Below, one piece after another: positions 10,005 through 20,900 of a DNA stretch of 64,000 nucleotides (position 1 is the first letter of the stretch; every line of letters begins with the position of its first letter). A model generated the notes under the pieces. It was given only the letters and a program-made list of their open reading frames with translations. It had not been told where the DNA came from and ran no database searches. A program made the position numbers and the translations under genes. This stretch comes from Bacteroidales bacterium (lineage in GTDB: Bacteria; Bacteroidota; Bacteroidia; Bacteroidales; PWNQ01). The DNA lies in contig JAIPBW010000001.1 in NCBI GenBank assembly GCA_021738505.1, positions 8,659 through 72,658 of the forward strand, given 5' to 3'.

Positions 10005-11057
10005 TTAGTCGACAATAAGCATCGCATCGCCATAAGTGAAAAACCGGTATCCTTCCTTCACTGCTGTTTTGTATGCTTTCATGAGTAAGTCATAACCTGC
10101 AAATGCAGAAACCATCATCATCATGGTAGATTGAGGAAGGTGGAAATTTGTTATCATAGCATTGGGTACTTTGAAATCATAAGGCGGAAAAATGAATTTA
10201 TTTGTCCATCCATTAAATGGTTTCACGTATCCGGTAATGGAAACGCCTGACTCAAGAGCTTTAGTAGTTGTTGTACCAACAGCAATGATATTTTGGTTTT
10301 TATCTTTGGTTTGGTTGATCATTTCGGCTGTTTCCTTTTCAATGATCATTTGCTCGGAGTCCATCTTATGTTTCGAAAGATCTTCTACATCCACTTTTCT
10401 GAAGTTTCCGAGGCCTGCATGCAGTGTGATTTCCGCAAAATTCACTCCCTGTATTTCGAGGCGTTTCATAATTTCGCGGCTAAAATGCATTCCTGCTGTC
10501 GGTGCAGCAACGGCACCTTCATGCTTAGCGAAAATCGTTTGATAACGTTCTCTGTCTTCTGCCTCAATAGGGCGATTAATGATTTTGGGTAAAGGTGTTT
10601 CTCCCAATTGCTGAATTAAATTCTTGAAATCTTCGTATGGACCGTCATGTAAAAACCGGAGGGTGCGTCCGCGTGAGGTTGTGTTGTCAATAACCTCAGC
10701 TACCAGGGAGTCATCTTCTCCAAAATATAATTTGTTTCCAATACGGATTTTTCGGGCCGGGTTTACTAATACATCCCAAAGCCTCGACTCATGGTTTAAC
10801 TCACGAAGCAAAAACACTTCGATCTTGGCACCGGTTTTTTCTTTTACCCCATAAAGACGGGCAGGAAAAACCTTCGTATTGTTGATGACAAAAGTATCCT
10901 GATCTCCAAAATACTCGAGAATGTCTTTAAAATTTCTGTGTTCGATTTCTCCACTTTCCCTGTGTACGACCATTAGCCTTGACTCATCACGATGTTTGGG
11001 GGGGTGGTAGGCAATCTGATCGACAGGTAAATTAAATTTGAATTGAGATAATTTCAT
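10005..11057 (-). CDS. queA: S-adenosylmethionine:tRNA ribosyltransferase-isomerase
   Basis: [30 protein letters not shown] is the canonical QueA N-terminus, and ~350 aa is QueA-like. Start at ATG 11057 is supported by a -7 box 31 nt upstream. Confidence 0.95.
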   Translation of the reverse strand: MKLSQFKFNLPVDQIAYHPPKHRDESRLMVVHRESGEIEHRNFKDILEYFGDQDTFVINNTKVFPARLYGVKEKTGAKIEVFLLRELNHESRLWDVLVNPARKIRIGNKLYFGEDDSLVAEVIDNTTSRGRTLRFLHDGPYEDFKNLIQQLGETPLPKIINRPIEAEDRERYQTIFAKHEGAVAAPTAGMHFSREIMKRLEIQGVNFAEITLHAGLGNFRKVDVEDLSKHKMDSEQMIIEKETAEMINQTKDKNQNIIAVGTTTTKALESGVSITGYVKPFNGWTNKFIFPPYDFKVPNAMITNFHLPQSTMMMMVSAFAGYDLLMKAYKTAVKEGYRFFTYGDAMLIVD

Positions 11058-11088
11058 ATATAGTTGATGATTTTGCTTTAAAGGCATG

Positions 11089-11096
11089 CAAATATA
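11089..11096 (-). promoter_or_regulatory. Candidate Bacteroidetes -7 promoter box (TATATTTG) for queA
   Basis: Matches the TAnnTTTG consensus on the minus strand, 31 nt upstream of ATG 11057. Confidence 0.35.
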
Positions 11097-11199
11097 ATAC
11101 ATTCAAACCCCGAAGTCCAGTAATTTAGGCAAAAAAGAACAAGACCAGAGGCTAAAAATGTTAAATCATTAAGGTAACGTTGATTAGGTATTGTTTGTT

Positions 11200-11925
11200 T
11201 TATGAGTCGATGTTTTCTATGGCTTTTTTTATCTCTTCTAATGAAAAGGCATGTTGCAAGTTGTACTCGCCAATATTTGTACGTCTTAATTCACCCAGAT
11301 AAGCGCCTGTATTCAGGCAAGTTCCAATATCTCTTGCCAATGAGCGTATGTACGTTCCCTTGCTGCATTCTATTTGAAATACAGCCTGATTGTCTTCTAA
11401 TGAAATTAATTTAAAATCATGAATCGTGACTTCTTTTTCTTTTAACTTAACTTCATCATCTTTACGAGCGTAGTCATAAGCTCTGCGGCCTTTGACTTTC
11501 ACTGCTGAATAGATAGGAGGGGTTTGTTTTATTTCACCGGTAAAGGAGTTGAATGTTTTCCTTAAAGTTTCCTGAGTAACATTGGTTGTAGGAAAAGTTT
11601 TGTCAATCTCTGTTTCCATATCAAAGGAAGGTGTCGTAGCTCCAAAAACAAATGTGCCGATATATGTTTTTCTGCCTTGCTGGAATGATTCTATACTTTT
11701 TGTCATCCGGCCGGTGCAGATGATCAATAATCCACTGGCTAAAGGATCTAATGTGCCGGCATGGCCGACTTTTAGTTTTTCTTTAATCTGAAAAGTTTTC
11801 TTAATCCAATAACGGATGTCTTTAACGACCTTAAATGATGTAATTCCTTTAGGTTTGTCAATTAGCAGTAGGGTTCCGGCTTTGAAGTCTGTATCGGATT
11901 GGATATGTGTAAGAGGTTCTGTCAT
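11200..11925 (-). CDS. truB: tRNA pseudouridine(55) synthase
   Basis: KVGHAGTLDPLASGLLIICTG catalytic Asp motif; 241 aa. Confidence 0.95.
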   Translation of the reverse strand: MTEPLTHIQSDTDFKAGTLLLIDKPKGITSFKVVKDIRYWIKKTFQIKEKLKVGHAGTLDPLASGLLIICTGRMTKSIESFQQGRKTYIGTFVFGATTPSFDMETEIDKTFPTTNVTQETLRKTFNSFTGEIKQTPPIYSAVKVKGRRAYDYARKDDEVKLKEKEVTIHDFKLISLEDNQAVFQIECSKGTYIRSLARDIGTCLNTGAYLGELRRTNIGEYNLQHAFSLEEIKKAIENIDS

Positions 11926-11926
11926 A

Positions 11927-12718
11927 TTAAAATACCATAATTCCTATTGCTGTCAAGCCGACAATCATACAATAAAAGGCAAAATATTTCAATTTTGCTT
12001 TTCTGACCAGACTAATCATCCAGGTACAAGCGGCTGCTCCGGCAATGAAAGCTGCTAAAAATCCGATAATTAGCGGTAAGCTGCCAATACCGGACTGGGC
12101 GATGTCTCCCGAAAAAATATCCAGAATAATTTTACCAAGAATGATCGGAACCACCATCAAAAAAGAAAACCGGGCTGATTTTGTGCGGTCAATACCTAAG
12201 ATTACACTGGCCGAAATTGTCGCTCCTGAGCGGGAAATTCCGGGAAGGATAGCAACAGCCTGAGCAATCCCTATGATGAAAGAATTTTTAAAGCCAACGC
12301 CTTTTTCTGTGGTCTTAGCCTTATCAGCAATGAACAATAATCCGGCTGTTAATAGCAACATAATACCAACAAGCATTATTTGTCCTCCAAACAGCGATTC
12401 TATTTGTGTCTCCAGAGCAAATCCAATAATTCCGGCCGGGATTATAGCGATAACAATCTTTGCAGCAAATTTCATTTCCTCATTCCATTGCCACTTTATA
12501 ATGCCTTGCACTAACTCAACAATATCTTTTCTGAAAACAACAATAGTACTCAAAGCTGTTGCGGCGTGTAAAACAACGGTCATCAGCATACTTTCTTCGG
12601 GAACAGTGCTATTACCGAAAAGCTCTTTTGCAAGTTCCAGATGCCCGCTACTACTTACAGGCAAAAACTCGGTGAGTCCCTGGATTATACCAAGGATTAA
12701 TGCTTCTATCCAATCCAT
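11927..12718 (-). CDS. uppP: Undecaprenyl-diphosphate phosphatase
   Basis: LGIIQGLTEFLPVSSSGHL and PGISRSGATI motifs; 8-TM-like profile. Confidence 0.95.
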   Translation of the reverse strand: MDWIEALILGIIQGLTEFLPVSSSGHLELAKELFGNSTVPEESMLMTVVLHAATALSTIVVFRKDIVELVQGIIKWQWNEEMKFAAKIVIAIIPAGIIGFALETQIESLFGGQIMLVGIMLLLTAGLLFIADKAKTTEKGVGFKNSFIIGIAQAVAILPGISRSGATISASVILGIDRTKSARFSFLMVVPIILGKIILDIFSGDIAQSGIGSLPLIIGFLAAFIAGAAACTWMISLVRKAKLKYFAFYCMIVGLTAIGIMVF

Positions 12719-12736
12719 GAATGTAAATACTTAAAG

Positions 12737-13042
12737 TTAATCCTGGTTTTTATTGGATGGACGTTTCATAATGGCAAAAATCTCAACAACATAACCAGCC
12801 AAAATTAATAATGGTGCCAATGTAATTCTGCGAAAGCTGAAGATTTCTTCGTTAAATTCATTAGGATCTGTAGAACCGCCACCGGCCATTAAAATGAAAC
12901 CTAATCCAATAAGAACTAATCCTACGGTTAAAAGCCTGTAACTTTGTTTTCCAAACGTAAATTCTTCTCTTTTAACATTATCTTTCTTTTTATCTGCTGA
13001 ATCAGTCTGTTGTTTTGAAGATTTTGCTGTTTTTGGGCTCAT
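12737..13042 (-). CDS. Small two-helix membrane protein (DUF3098-like)
   Basis: Lys-rich N-terminus followed by two hydrophobic helices. The position between ftsX and uppP is the usual Bacteroidetes context for DUF3098 (recalled, not searched). Confidence 0.65.
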   Translation of the reverse strand: MSPKTAKSSKQQTDSADKKKDNVKREEFTFGKQSYRLLTVGLVLIGLGFILMAGGGSTDPNEFNEEIFSFRRITLAPLLILAGYVVEIFAIMKRPSNKNQD

Positions 13043-13056
13043 AATATGATGAATGT

Positions 13057-13938
13057 TTAATAATAATACAGATTATTTGTTTTGATTTTTAAATATTTCC
13101 TTACGGCAAAATAAGTAGATATCCAGGAAAAGAATAAACCGATGAGAATGACCCCTGCGAATAAAATCAAATAAAGGTCAACTTCCGATAAATTTATTAG
13201 TTCCGGGAAACTTTGATATATAAGATAAATCGTTCCGATAAGCATGGCTATAGCCAGCAGGGATGATATTATTCCATGTAAAATCCCTTTGATCAAAAAA
13301 GGCCTTCGGATAAACCGTTGCGTAGCTCCTACAAGTTGCATGCTCTTGATTAAAAAACGTTTGGAAAATACTGATAGGCGAATGGTGTTATTAATTAATG
13401 CAATAGCGATTAAGATCAGAATTATGCTAAACCCCAGCAATATGATGCTGATTTTTTGCATATTCTTGTTCACTTGTTCCACTAATGATTCTTCGTAATA
13501 TACCTCCTTTACACCGGCATGATTACTTATTTCTTGCTGAATAACTTTTAGTGAGTCATTATTTGCGTATTCAGCGTTTACATTCACTTCGATAGAAGGC
13601 AATAATGGGTTATATCCCAAAAACTCAACAAAATCTTCACCCAAATCTTTTTTTAGTTCTTGTGCTGCTTCTTCTTTCGTAATGTATTTGGTGGATTTCC
13701 GGTAAGGCTCAGTATCGATAGACTTACGCAGGATAATTATATCCGCTTCGCTCACATCTTCTTCCATAATTACTGAAAGCGTTATATTCTCTTTCACGTA
13801 ATCGGAAAGCTTTTTGGCATTCAATACAATTAAACCAAGTAAACCTAACATGAAAAGCACTAAAGCAATGCTTAACACAGTGGTTAATACAGAAGTGGTT
13901 AGACGTCGTTTGTTGAATTTTTCTTCTTTCTTTGCCAT
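13057..13938 (-). CDS. ftsX: Cell-division permease-like protein FtsX
   Basis: N-terminal TM helix, a periplasmic domain, then three C-terminal TM helices of FtsX topology. Start taken at ATG 13938 (MAKKEEKFNKRRL). Confidence 0.8.
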   Translation of the reverse strand: MAKKEEKFNKRRLTTSVLTTVLSIALVLFMLGLLGLIVLNAKKLSDYVKENITLSVIMEEDVSEADIIILRKSIDTEPYRKSTKYITKEEAAQELKKDLGEDFVEFLGYNPLLPSIEVNVNAEYANNDSLKVIQQEISNHAGVKEVYYEESLVEQVNKNMQKISIILLGFSIILILIAIALINNTIRLSVFSKRFLIKSMQLVGATQRFIRRPFLIKGILHGIISSLLAIAMLIGTIYLIYQSFPELINLSEVDLYLILFAGVILIGLFFSWISTYFAVRKYLKIKTNNLYYY

Positions 13939-14059
13939 AGGAATTTTAAAAGGGCTAAGATAATAATTTTTATGCCTGCCAAAACAATAGGTTAAAAGAA
14001 GGTTTAAAATTGGTTCATGCTCTTCAGGTATCAATGATAATAATACTTTCATAAAGTGT

Positions 14060-14081
14060 CGGGATTAATCCGGGATTAATC
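14060..14081. repeat. Perfect tandem duplication of the 11-mer CGGGATTAATC (contains the palindrome GGATTAATCC)
   Basis: Read directly: CGGGATTAATC CGGGATTAATC in the ftsX/leuS divergent intergenic region. The 10-mer CGGGATTAAT recurs at 58939-58948 upstream of yceD-rpmF. Confidence 0.9.
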
Positions 14082-14178
14082 TGCCCAAAGATTGTTCTTT
14101 AGATATAGGTTGAGTTTAGCGGACTTTTCATAAATTCGCAGCTTGATATTGATAACGTTTGAAAATAACAGATAAACC

Positions 14179-16971
14179 ATGGACTATAATTTTAATGAAA
14201 TAGAAAAGAAGTGGCAGGACTTCTGGGCGGAGAACAAAACATTTAAAGCAGAGAATAAGTCCGACAAGCCGAAATATTATGTTTTGGATATGTTTCCCTA
14301 TCCGTCAGGTGCTGGACTGCATGTGGGGCATCCTTTAGGGTATATTGCTTCAGATATTGTGGCGCGGTTTAAACGAAATGAAGGGTTTAATGTGCTTCAT
14401 CCTATGGGTTATGATGCTTTTGGCTTGCCTGCCGAGCAATATGCCATACAAACAGGAACACACCCGGCCGTTACTACAGAAAAAAATATCAAACGTTATC
14501 GCCGGCAGTTGGATCAAATTGGCTTTTCTTTTGATTGGGATCGCGAAGTGAGAACCTGCGACCCCGGCTATTATAAATGGACACAATGGACGTTCGTCCG
14601 GCTTTTCGAACACTGGTATGACCTGGACTGGGATAAAGCCCGCCCCGTTTCTGAATTGAAAAAGATTTTTGATAAGGACGGAAGCAAAGAGGTAAATGCA
14701 GCCAAAAATGATCATGAACCATTTACAGCAGAACAGTGGAAGAGTTTTTCTGAAACAGAGCAACAGCAAATTTTAATGCATTACCGGCTGGCTTATTTAT
14801 CAGAGACTTTGGTTAACTGGTGCCCGGCGTTGGGAACCGTATTGGCGAATGATGAAGTGAAAGATGGCTATTCTGAACGCGGCGGTCATCCTGTTGAGCA
14901 AAAGAAAATGAAACAATGGTCGTTACGGATAAGAGCCTATGCGGAAAGATTACTGAATAATCTGGATAAATTGAACTGGTCGGAGTCTATCAAAGAAATT
15001 CAGCGCAACTGGATAGGCCAATCCGAAGGAGCTGTGATTTATTTTCCCGTAAAAGGAAAAGAAAAAACTATTGATGTCTTTACTACGCGTCCCGATACAC
15101 TTTATGGGTCTACATTTATGGTGTTAGCCCCTGAGCATGAAATTGTAGATGAGCTTAAGACAGAAGATAACAAACATAAGATTGAAGAATATATAGAAAG
15201 ATCAAAAAATCGTTCAGAACGAGAACGATTAGCTGAAGTAAAGGAGGTTAGCGGGGTTTTTACCGGGCATTACGGAGTAAATCCCGTTAATGGAAGAGAA
15301 GTGCCTATTTACATAGCCGATTATGTGCTTAGCGGATATGGAACAGGAGCCATTATGGCTGTTCCGGCTCACGATAGCCGTGATTTTGCCTTTGCCCGCC
15401 ATTTTGATCTGCCCATCATTCAGGTCGTTAAAAATCCTGATGAACAAGTTGTGGATACAGCGCAATGGAACGATTCTTATGATGCCAAAGAAGGTGTTAT
15501 TATTAATTCAGATTTCATCAATGATCTGGACGTTGAGGAAGCGATCCGGAGAATAATTGACATTCTTGAAGAAAAGAATATAGGGTACGGAACAGTCAAT
15601 TATCGCTTGCGCGATGCCATTTTCAGTCGTCAACGATATTGGGGAGAACCCTTCCCCATCTACTATAAAGAAGGTATGCCTTATCCGTTGGATGACAGCA
15701 AATTACCATTGGAGCTGCCGGAGGTTGATGAATATAAACCAACAAAAGAAGGTAAACCACCTCTGGCTAGAGCAAAACATTGGACCACAGAAGAGGGATA
15801 TCCTTTGGAAACTAGTACGATGCCGGGATTTGCAGGGTCAAGCGGATATTATTACCGGTATATGGATCCCAATAATGATCAGGAATATTTCTCTAACGAA
15901 GCCAATCAATACTGGCGGGATGTCGATCTTTATCTCGGTGGCGATGAACATGCCACGGGTCACCTGATGTATGCCCGTTTCTGGGCGATGTTTCTTTATG
16001 ATATCGGGATGACGGTGGAAGAGGAGCCTTTTAAACGACTGATTAACCAGGGTAAAATTCAGGGACGTTCCAACTTTGTATATCGTATTGTTGGAGAGAA
16101 TAAATTTGTTTCTTACCATAAGCGCAAAGAATATAAAACACAGCGCATGCATGTGGATATTAATTTAGTGCATAACGACATATTGGATATTGAAGCCTTT
16201 AAAAACTGGATGCCGGAATTTAAAGATGCCGAATTCATTCCTGAAGATGATGGTAAATATGTTTGTGGATGGGAAGTGGAGAAGATGAGTAAATCAAAAT
16301 ACAATGTTCAGAATCCGGATGACCTGATTGATGAGTATGGAGCGGATACGTTCCGGTTGTATGAGATGTTTCTTGGACCTATCGAAAGCCATAAGCCTTG
16401 GGATACACAAGGAATTGAAGGAGTTTCCAGGTTTATCAGAAAGTTTTGGCGCTTATATCATGATGAGCAGGGAAATTTTGATGTTTCTGATGAAAAACCC
16501 AATGCCGATGAATTGAAAATTTTGCATCAGACCATCAAAAAAGTTAAAGAAGATATTGATAAGCTTTCTTTTAACACATCTGTAAGCCAGTTTATGATTT
16601 GTGTTAATGAACTGGGCGAGAAGAAAACCAAAAAACGGCAAATTCTGGAACCTTTAGTAATTTTGGTTTCTCCGTTTGCCCCGCATATTGCAGAAGAGAT
16701 TTGGAATCGTCTAGGTCACTCCGATACGATTTCTTATGCTGAGATGCCCGGATATAATGAGGATTATTTAAAAGAATCGAGTTTTGAATACCCGGTTTCC
16801 TTTAACGGGAAGATGAGGTTTAAAAAAGAGCTGCCGCTGGATATGTCCAAAGAAGAAATCGAAAAAGCTGTTCTGGAAGACGAAAGATCAGCGAAGTATC
16901 TTGGCGATAAGCCACCGAAAAAGGTGATTGTAGTCCCGAAAAGGATTGTCAATATTGTTGTGGCTAAATAA
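14179..16971 (+). CDS. leuS: Leucine--tRNA ligase
   Basis: 930 aa. HIGH-type motif ([14 protein letters not shown]), KMSKS motif ([10 protein letters not shown]) and the CP1 editing region. Confidence 0.97.
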   Translation: MDYNFNEIEKKWQDFWAENKTFKAENKSDKPKYYVLDMFPYPSGAGLHVGHPLGYIASDIVARFKRNEGFNVLHPMGYDAFGLPAEQYAIQTGTHPAVTTEKNIKRYRRQLDQIGFSFDWDREVRTCDPGYYKWTQWTFVRLFEHWYDLDWDKARPVSELKKIFDKDGSKEVNAAKNDHEPFTAEQWKSFSETEQQQILMHYRLAYLSETLVNWCPALGTVLANDEVKDGYSERGGHPVEQKKMKQWSLRIRAYAERLLNNLDKLNWSESIKEIQRNWIGQSEGAVIYFPVKGKEKTIDVFTTRPDTLYGSTFMVLAPEHEIVDELKTEDNKHKIEEYIERSKNRSERERLAEVKEVSGVFTGHYGVNPVNGREVPIYIADYVLSGYGTGAIMAVPAHDSRDFAFARHFDLPIIQVVKNPDEQVVDTAQWNDSYDAKEGVIINSDFINDLDVEEAIRRIIDILEEKNIGYGTVNYRLRDAIFSRQRYWGEPFPIYYKEGMPYPLDDSKLPLELPEVDEYKPTKEGKPPLARAKHWTTEEGYPLETSTMPGFAGSSGYYYRYMDPNNDQEYFSNEANQYWRDVDLYLGGDEHATGHLMYARFWAMFLYDIGMTVEEEPFKRLINQGKIQGRSNFVYRIVGENKFVSYHKRKEYKTQRMHVDINLVHNDILDIEAFKNWMPEFKDAEFIPEDDGKYVCGWEVEKMSKSKYNVQNPDDLIDEYGADTFRLYEMFLGPIESHKPWDTQGIEGVSRFIRKFWRLYHDEQGNFDVSDEKPNADELKILHQTIKKVKEDIDKLSFNTSVSQFMICVNELGEKKTKKRQILEPLVILVSPFAPHIAEEIWNRLGHSDTISYAEMPGYNEDYLKESSFEYPVSFNGKMRFKKELPLDMSKEEIEKAVLEDERSAKYLGDKPPKKVIVVPKRIVNIVVAK

Positions 16972-17031
16972 AATAATATGTTTTTGGCCCAAAATTTGGT
17001 CTGCCAATACAAACATCAAATTATTATTGTC

Positions 17032-17877
17032 ATGAAAATTATAAAACCATCTGCAAGCGTAAGAAATATTTTGTTTTTATTACTGATTTTTCCTGTTTTC
17101 TTATCAGCTCAGGATGACAACTTGCGATATGAGACGAATAAAGCTTTTACCACAGGTGAATATCTCAAGCTACGGATTTATTTCCATTCATTTATAACCG
17201 GAAAATTGTCGGCAGGCTATGCTACCTTAAAAATTCAGGATTCTAAAGATACGCTGTATGGACGGGAAGTGATGCATGTTAAAGGCCACGGCACAACCAG
17301 CAAGGCCTTTGGTTGGTTTTATGATATCGATGACCGGTACGAAACATTTATTGATGTTAAAACGTTAGCTCCCTGGAAATTCGTTCGCAGAGTGAATGAA
17401 GGAGGATACATCATTAATCATGATACATATTTTGACCAAAGAAAATCGGAAGCTTTCTTCCGGGATAATAAAAATGACGAACGAAAAACGTTAAAAACGC
17501 CAAAATATATCCAGGACGTATTATCTATAATTTATTATGCCCGAACCTTTGATTATTCGAAAGCTGATGAGGGTGATATTTTTGAAACGGATTTTATGAT
17601 AGATGATACAACTTACACTGCACGAATTAAGTATGCAGGCAAAGAAAATATCAAAACAGACCTGGGTAAATTTAAGTGCATCAAGATTATTCCTTTACTG
17701 GATATGAAAGGCGTATTTAATGAAGAAGATCCGATGGTTCTTTATGTCTCAGACGACAAAAACCGTGTCCCGATGTTTGGAGAGAGTGAACTTAAAGTTG
17801 GCTCTATGCGTGTAGAACTGATTGAATATGACGGGCTACGGAATTATTTTTCTTCTTCAATTCGTTGGAACGATTGA
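17032..17877 (+). CDS. Secreted DUF3108-like protein
   Basis: Signal peptide (MKIIKPSASVRNILFLLLIFPVFLSA) and all-beta-looking sequence. The family assignment is from memory of DUF3108 only. Confidence 0.55.
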   Translation: MKIIKPSASVRNILFLLLIFPVFLSAQDDNLRYETNKAFTTGEYLKLRIYFHSFITGKLSAGYATLKIQDSKDTLYGREVMHVKGHGTTSKAFGWFYDIDDRYETFIDVKTLAPWKFVRRVNEGGYIINHDTYFDQRKSEAFFRDNKNDERKTLKTPKYIQDVLSIIYYARTFDYSKADEGDIFETDFMIDDTTYTARIKYAGKENIKTDLGKFKCIKIIPLLDMKGVFNEEDPMVLYVSDDKNRVPMFGESELKVGSMRVELIEYDGLRNYFSSSIRWND

Positions 17878-17922
17878 TTGTGTATCTTAGATACCTAATT
17901 GCTCATCTATAAAAACGGAAAT

Positions 17923-20900
17923 ATGTATTTACGAAAACTTATGGTCGTTGTGGCCGTATTAGTCCTATCTGTTACGGCGACATTTACTTTTGCTGAATTC
18001 TCCAATAGCACTGTACAGGAAAAAACCTATGAACAAATTTGGAATAAAGTTGAAAAACTGTCGAAAGAAGGAAAGCCCAAATCGGCATTAAAATTTGTTG
18101 GTCAGGTTAAGGAAAAAGCTTTGCAGGAAGAAAATCAGCCTCAGTTTTTGAAATCCGTGTTTTATGAACTACAGTTGAAGCAAAAATTCATGGAAGCCCC
18201 GGTGAAAGAAGCTGTGGAAGTTGTCAGAAATTCATTCGAACAGACGAATGACAAGATATCCCATGCTTTTCTTCATTCTTTGCTGGCAGATACATACAGG
18301 TCGTATCAAAACAGGTATGCTTATAAAATTCGAGACCGAACCCAGTTAATGAATGATACGAGTCAGGATATTGAACAATGGACAAACCAAAAACTGTCAA
18401 AAGAAATTATAGATGAATACCAGAGCTCTTTGGAGCATGAGGATGTATTAAATAAGACGCCCATAGAAGACTTTAAAATTATTATCCGGGACTCAGAATA
18501 CCAAAAAGACTACCTGAACACGGTATATGATTTACTTGCTTCTTCCGCATTGGACTATTATACCAATCAGGATAACGATTTGGTGGAAGCCGGAACTGCT
18601 CTTGAGTTGAAAGATAATCGTTATTTTAAGATAACGGAAGTATTTCTGGATATTTCTATTCCACAAAGGACAAATGATTTCGCTGCTCTTACTTTGAATT
18701 TATATCAAAAACTATTCAAATTTCATAAAGATGATCAGAGCCCTTTCCTGAAAGTGATGTTTGATCTTGAAAGACTTCAATATCTGAAAGAAAACAGCAA
18801 ACGTAAGGATGCCGGGGAGTTGTACCGGTTTGCGCTTGAGAATTTAGTGGAACAGAATCAAAATCACAAAGTCTCTGCCCGCGTTCAGTACAAACTTGCT
18901 GAATATTGGAATGAGCAAGGTGAAAAATATGATCCACAGAAAGGGAAAGAGCATAAAATGGATAAGGTAAAGGCGGTAAATTATTGCAAAAAAGCCATTG
19001 AAGCATTTCCGGACAGTTATGGTGCAAAAAAATGCAAATCATTAAAGTCTTCTCTTGAAGAAAAAGATTTTTCAATCAGTCAGGAAAATGCTGTTATTCC
19101 TGAGGAGCCTTCAATTGCAAAAGTTGACTATAGAAACTCGCCGCAGGTGTTTTTCAGGATTTACAAGCTGAATCCGGATAACTATCCTAAGTGGAACTAT
19201 AACCGGGATCCCAATGAAAGGCTGAAAAGAATTAAAGATTCAGAATTGATAACCGAATGGATGCACGAGTTACCTGATGATGGCGACTTGCAAACACATA
19301 GCATTGAAGCAAAAATTCCGGCGATGGATAAAGGATATTATATGCTTTTAGCTTCTTCGGATAAACAGTTTAATAAAGAGTCAACCCTGATCAAATATTC
19401 GGGGTTTTATGCCACGAATTTACAGGTGCATGTCCGCTCATTGGGAAATAATACGCTTGAAGGATATGTGTTGAACAGGAAGACGGGAAAAGCAATAAAA
19501 GATGCCCAACTGGACTTTTTTAAATATAACTATGATTACCATAGAAACAATTCGGATAAATCCCTGATCAAAAGTTTGACTTCCGGGAAAGATGGTTCCT
19601 TTCAGCTTAATGCTCCGGAAGATAATTACAACAGATATGCATTGGAAGTAAAAAAAGGAGAAGACTTTTTTGTGCTTCCGGGAGCTTTATACCAAAGAAG
19701 GCTTCATAAACCGTCAAAAGAATCTGAAAATATAAACATTCAGCTTTTTACGGATCGTTCGATTTATCGTCCGGGGCAAATAGTTCACTTCAAGGGGCTT
19801 GTTCTTAACGCAAAGGGAAAGGACAGCAAAATAAAAACAAATTATAAAACAACCATTTCATTATTCGATGCCAATAATGAAGTTGTTAAAGAAAAGAGCT
19901 TGACGACAAATGAATACGGTTCTTTTAACGGTTCTTTTGTTTTGCCTTCTTCAGGACTTACAGGCAGATTTCGTTTACGCACATCGCATGGTTCACAGAC
20001 CATTCGTGTGGAAGAATACAAACGTCCGCGTTTTGAGGTGAAGTTGCAAAAAGTAGATCAGGAATTCCGTTTGGGAGATGAGGTTATAATGCGTGGTGAA
20101 GCAAAAGCATACGCAGGAAGCAAGATAACCAATGCCCGGGTTAGCTATGAGGTTGTCCGAAAGCCAAGATATATTCCCTGGGGATATACTTTTGGATATT
20201 ACCGACCTCCTTCATCCGGTAAGTCGGTGACGATAAAAACAGGTGTGCTGGAAACAGATAAAAATGGAGAATTTGATGTTAAGTTTACGGCAATCCCCGG
20301 CGAGAAAGCAGGAGACAGGTTCAATTCCGTATTCCGGTATGAAGTGACTGCCGATGTAACAGATATCAACGGCGAAACCCGCTCCGACAGCCGTACTGTT
20401 TCTGCAGGAGAAAAAGCTTTGCATCTGGATGTTAAGATCCCGGAGAAGGTTGATCAATCAGAATTAATGAAATATAAAATTTCTACCACAAATCTTGATG
20501 GTTCTGAAATCCCGGCCGAAGGGACCTTGAAAATTGAGCGATTACAACAACCGGAGCGCTTATTGAAACGTAGAGCATGGGATAGACCGGATAAGTTTTT
20601 GTTTGACAAGCAAGAGTTCACGGATAACTTCCCCCATGAACAATACAAGTCCGAATTGGATAAGCGTAAGTGGAATCCGGAGAAAGAAGTGTTTCAATGC
20701 AACTTCAATACAGCCAAATCCGATACACTCACGATGAATTGCGCTGCCGACTGGAAAGAAGGTGTTTATAAGCTGACGATGATATCCGAGGACACCTTTG
20801 GCGAAAAAGTGGAAATGGAAAAGTTCTTTACCCTTTATAATCCTGAAACCAATGTAATGCCGGAAAAAACATTCTTTTGGACAGAGATCGATAAAAGTAC

